Below, piece after piece: positions 60,173-64,000 of a stretch of 64,000 nucleotides of DNA (positions within the stretch are counted from its first letter, which is position 1; every line of letters begins with the position of its first letter). The translations under genes were made by a program, and so were the position numbers. The notes beneath the pieces are model-generated. The model made no database searches. It was not told where the DNA came from and saw only the letters and a program-made list of their open reading frames with translations. The stretch comes from Hormiphora californensis (Eukaryota; Animalia; Ctenophora). The stretch lies in the NCBI GenBank assembly GCA_020137815.1, contig CM035359.1, positions 3,162,001 through 3,226,000 on the forward strand, given 5' to 3'.

Positions 60173-61903
60173 ATGATAGTGAGGTTAGTTAATAAATAAA
60201 TATCACTCTAGGTTGTAAGATAAGGAGACATATTTGTGTACGGGAGGCAGATAAAGTACTCTGAGCCTCTCTACAAGCTAACTACTATCTACTACTAATA
60301 TATCACACGAACAAATTGGCATCTCAATCTAAACAGATGGTCCGACCATGGAACTAGCCAAGAGGCAGCAATATATATGCAAAACGGGCATCATGTTTAG
60401 TAAAATGTAGTTCAAAAATGTGTTTACACGGCCGGACTCCGATATGTATTTATAAGCTTTTCATTTATTGTTGTATATTTAGACAAGCCGGGCTGCACGT
60501 ACTGCATGGTGCGAGTGTACAACTATAGAACGAAAGAGACACACCTTTGCCAATTTACAAAGGTTTTAGACAAAGCCAGGGCATTTCTCTCCCTGACCGC
60601 TGCTCTAATCACCGATATGTGTTATTTGTCAGGTATTATGTAATTACACTAAACGGATAGGGAATAATGCCACCTTGTTGTTTGTACAAATACACATGCT
60701 TTCAGGAGTTCTCGATCTGGTCACGCTGGTTTTAGAGATCATATATGGCCAAAGGAAATGAAAATTGCAAACCCTTACTACTGCAAGTGCATGTCCTTGC
60801 CAATGGCTGCAGACCCTTACTAATTATTCAGTGAGAGTGATTAGAAAGTCCAGGGGGTATAGCAGATCATTCTAAAGGCCGGCGACTGGCTACAAAAAAC
60901 CCCTGATTATTCTCTACTGCAAGATTCAGCAGGGTCGGATCTCTAACAATTTGACGGTTGAGCACGAGATCAGTTAGTTAGTAAGTGGATTCTTACGATC
61001 TGTCTGCCACTACCTTCCAAATGCCCCTGTATAGACTGCAGCTCAGGTTAACTAAAAAAGGGGCCCCGGTAAAACAGCTGACATACATAAATCAATATGT
61101 ATACATGATAGCTTGGTGTTGCCCCTAATAGCCCATGGGCTTCTGCAGAAGCATAATGCGACAATGCGATGACGAAGGAGTTGGGATGCTCTGACGCGAT
61201 GATCTGGTAAGACTGCACGTGCTAAGACTATGAGAGGATCAGGAGTCGCCCCTGACACAGTACTGTGTCCGCAATGAATATGAACAATTCAAAGTAGGAA
61301 AGGAGTTGAGTCGCCCCTGACACTGTGTCCGTGCTATATGAACAATTCAAAGGAGGAGCCATGATGTGGTTTTGTTTGCGTGCTCGACCCTGTTTGATCA
61401 AAACAAGGTTTTGTAGAAGTTTCACTGGCTACGAATTACGATCCCCAAGTTAATACGAGTCAATTCTTATGCACCAATGTTTCTCCTTATCGATCTCATC
61501 GGTCAAGACCAAGGCACATCTAGAGTTTTTGTTAAAATCCCAGGCTGTCACGTTGTAATATGTCACAAAATTAATAAGAAGGTATGCACATAAAATGTGT
61601 GACAGCACATAAAATGTGTGACACACAAGTTAAAACGTCTCTGTGGGAGCTTGTTAAAACTCCCAATTATATCTGGAGGGGCATGCCAGCCACCCGCATT
61701 ACTCATAGTTGCTGATGGGGCACTAAGTTTGGGCAGGTGAGAAGACGCCCGACCGGTCAAGGGACCCATGTAAGGGGTATGCGCTAAAAGAACTCCCGTG
61801 CAAAAGCAAATGTTGATGATAGTCCTTTCTATGGCGGAAGAGAGAGAAAGGGAGAGGAAAAAGAGAGAGAGAGAGAAAAAGAGAGAGAGAGAAAGAGAGA
61901 GAA

Positions 61904-61943
<40 letters not shown>

Positions 61944-63053
61944 TGCAGGCGTGTATCTGTCTATATAGAATTGAATACCATCAAGGCTAGAACTATACTA
62001 CATGCACAAGGATAAACGAGCGTTTCTGCGGACTTTTTACCACCCGCACGTACAGCCCCTGCTTTTTGAGGGTCGAGCTAGGCAAGCCCATGTATGGTCG
62101 AATCACAAAAGTAAAAGCGAGATAGATAGGAATTGATATACTAATTGCCGCTATACAAAGCTGCGATGCAGATTCTATAAGGACATGGTACAGTATCAAA
62201 CCATCAACATCATCTCCATACATCACCGACAGATCAGAAGTCCCACTGAATATATTAATATGATTATATCAGGTTCGGAGACAGAGAAGAAGGTTCGGCG
62301 ACACATGGAAATATCGCTCTCTGAGATACTATACTCCCACAGAGGGATATATATACTGGGATCGGATCAGCTGATGGATAATAGAGATAATTACCCACTA
62401 AACACGTATCATTTGGATTTTGGATAATTACGGTGCGGGTATATTATATTGTGTTGGTAAGAGCTACTATATACTCCTCCCCATGAGGATCATACTGATC
62501 AACCTACTACGACAAGTAACTGCTCCGTATATAATTGTAATTACTGGTCAGGGCAATCACAGCTCAGCAGCTTCTCCTTCTACTCAGGAGGGTGGAAGGA
62601 ATCCCTGCAATTGAGAGACCTCTCTTTCGCTTTCCTGTAAGCTGTATGCTACGTCAGCGGGACATGTGACAATCAGGTGGATGTGTAATGAGCTGCAATA
62701 GAGCCGGTAATTGTAAAGAAATTCACATAAATTAGTTTCATGGTATCAAAATGACAACATGAGACCCAGAGATCTCATGGTTACAATTGCTGGAGCTGTC
62801 ATCTTGCAACCGCAAAGCCGCAAAGGGATGATTATAATATGAAGTTTAACTTCCAGTTCACATGCAGATTTCTGAATTCGAAAGAATTGTCGCCCATCAT
62901 GTGTACACAGTGTGCCATGATGATTGGATAGAGTTAAGATTATACATGAAGATAATAGAAATTGATAACTGGCTATCTCTACATAACAGCCATGGGATCT
63001 CACCGAGAAACGATGTATGCGGTTTGGTAAATTAATCTTTAGCTCTTTTTATT

Positions 63054-63177
<124 letters not shown>

Positions 63178-64000
63178 TCGCTCTCCCCCTCACTTTATCC
63201 CTCTCTCTCTCCCCATCCCAAACCGCGGCTCGTTTTGTAGTACGCAACTAATTATCTGGTGAAAGATGAAAGTAAGTAACACCCTTAATGCCAAAAGCAT
63301 CAAATGCACGTTTAGTAAAGCAAGGTGGAGCGGTACCAAAGGTATTATAATTCTGTCTTGTTTTTGTGGTCTGGAGCCAATTGGAAATCTCATTACTCAA
63401 AGCCATGTATAATATAGTTATTCAGTCAAGAGCTGAGTGGGTACCTATATCTGGATGCAAAAGAGGTTTATATATCCGATGATCGATTCATTTCATTTTC
63501 TGACGGTCACCAAGCATGACCTCTAAAGCATTCCACAATTTATACGATTAAACTTTTGAAGCCAGCGCATACATATTGTCAGACATAATAAAATCCAAGC
63601 GTTTCAATACATGATAGTTGCTACATATGCTGCAAAAATAACCCCAAGAAAGACACAAGCATTGTGCCATCTGAAGCGTGTACAACAGATGGCCCTATTA
63701 TAAGTTTTACAGTCAGTGAAAAGTGTTGAACACACTATGTGTCGCTCAATCTGATTGCAGGTGTGAAATTGCAGCTCGTGCGATAGAACACGGTACGTGG
63801 TTTATTTAAAAACATGAACCTTCATGTTTCCGTTTAGCTGTATAATAGTGAATAGGCTAATATCTAGTGAAGTAATGAATCTGAACAAATTCAAATCAAA
63901 CCAAAGGGCAATATCAAGAGTGGCAAATTATATACCCAGCGCATGACGAGACATGAGTTCCTCCAGAACAATTGAGACTCAACATAGCATCTTCAGTGAT

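Overview
AT-rich, intron-rich animal genomic DNA. It is probably ctenophore (Pleurobrachia-like), inferred only from my recollection of its MITE families and not proven. Two convergent protein-coding genes can be built by hand from GT-AG exons. (1) On the + strand (<870-47443) lies the 3' part of a large immunoglobulin-superfamily type-I membrane protein: 35 exons found, at least 13 Ig-like domains, one TM helix and a ~125-aa Tyr/Pro-motif tail. Its start lies upstream of the window. (2) On the - strand (stop at 49203) lies a two-pore-domain K+ channel (K2P/KCNK-like) with 7 constant exons. It is preceded by an array of 4-5 ATG-containing, phase-0 candidate first exons (53375-60172) that appear mutually exclusive. 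Introns are filled with non-autonomous DNA transposons (piggyBac-, hAT-, Tc1/pogo-, MULE- and Kolobok-like), foldback elements, microsatellites and spacer-less palindromes. There is also a recurrent pattern of short tandem duplications that straddle splice donors, acceptors, a start codon and a stop codon. Most ORFs in the supplied track are spurious (repeat-derived or antisense). All coordinates were read by eye and may be off by a few bases.
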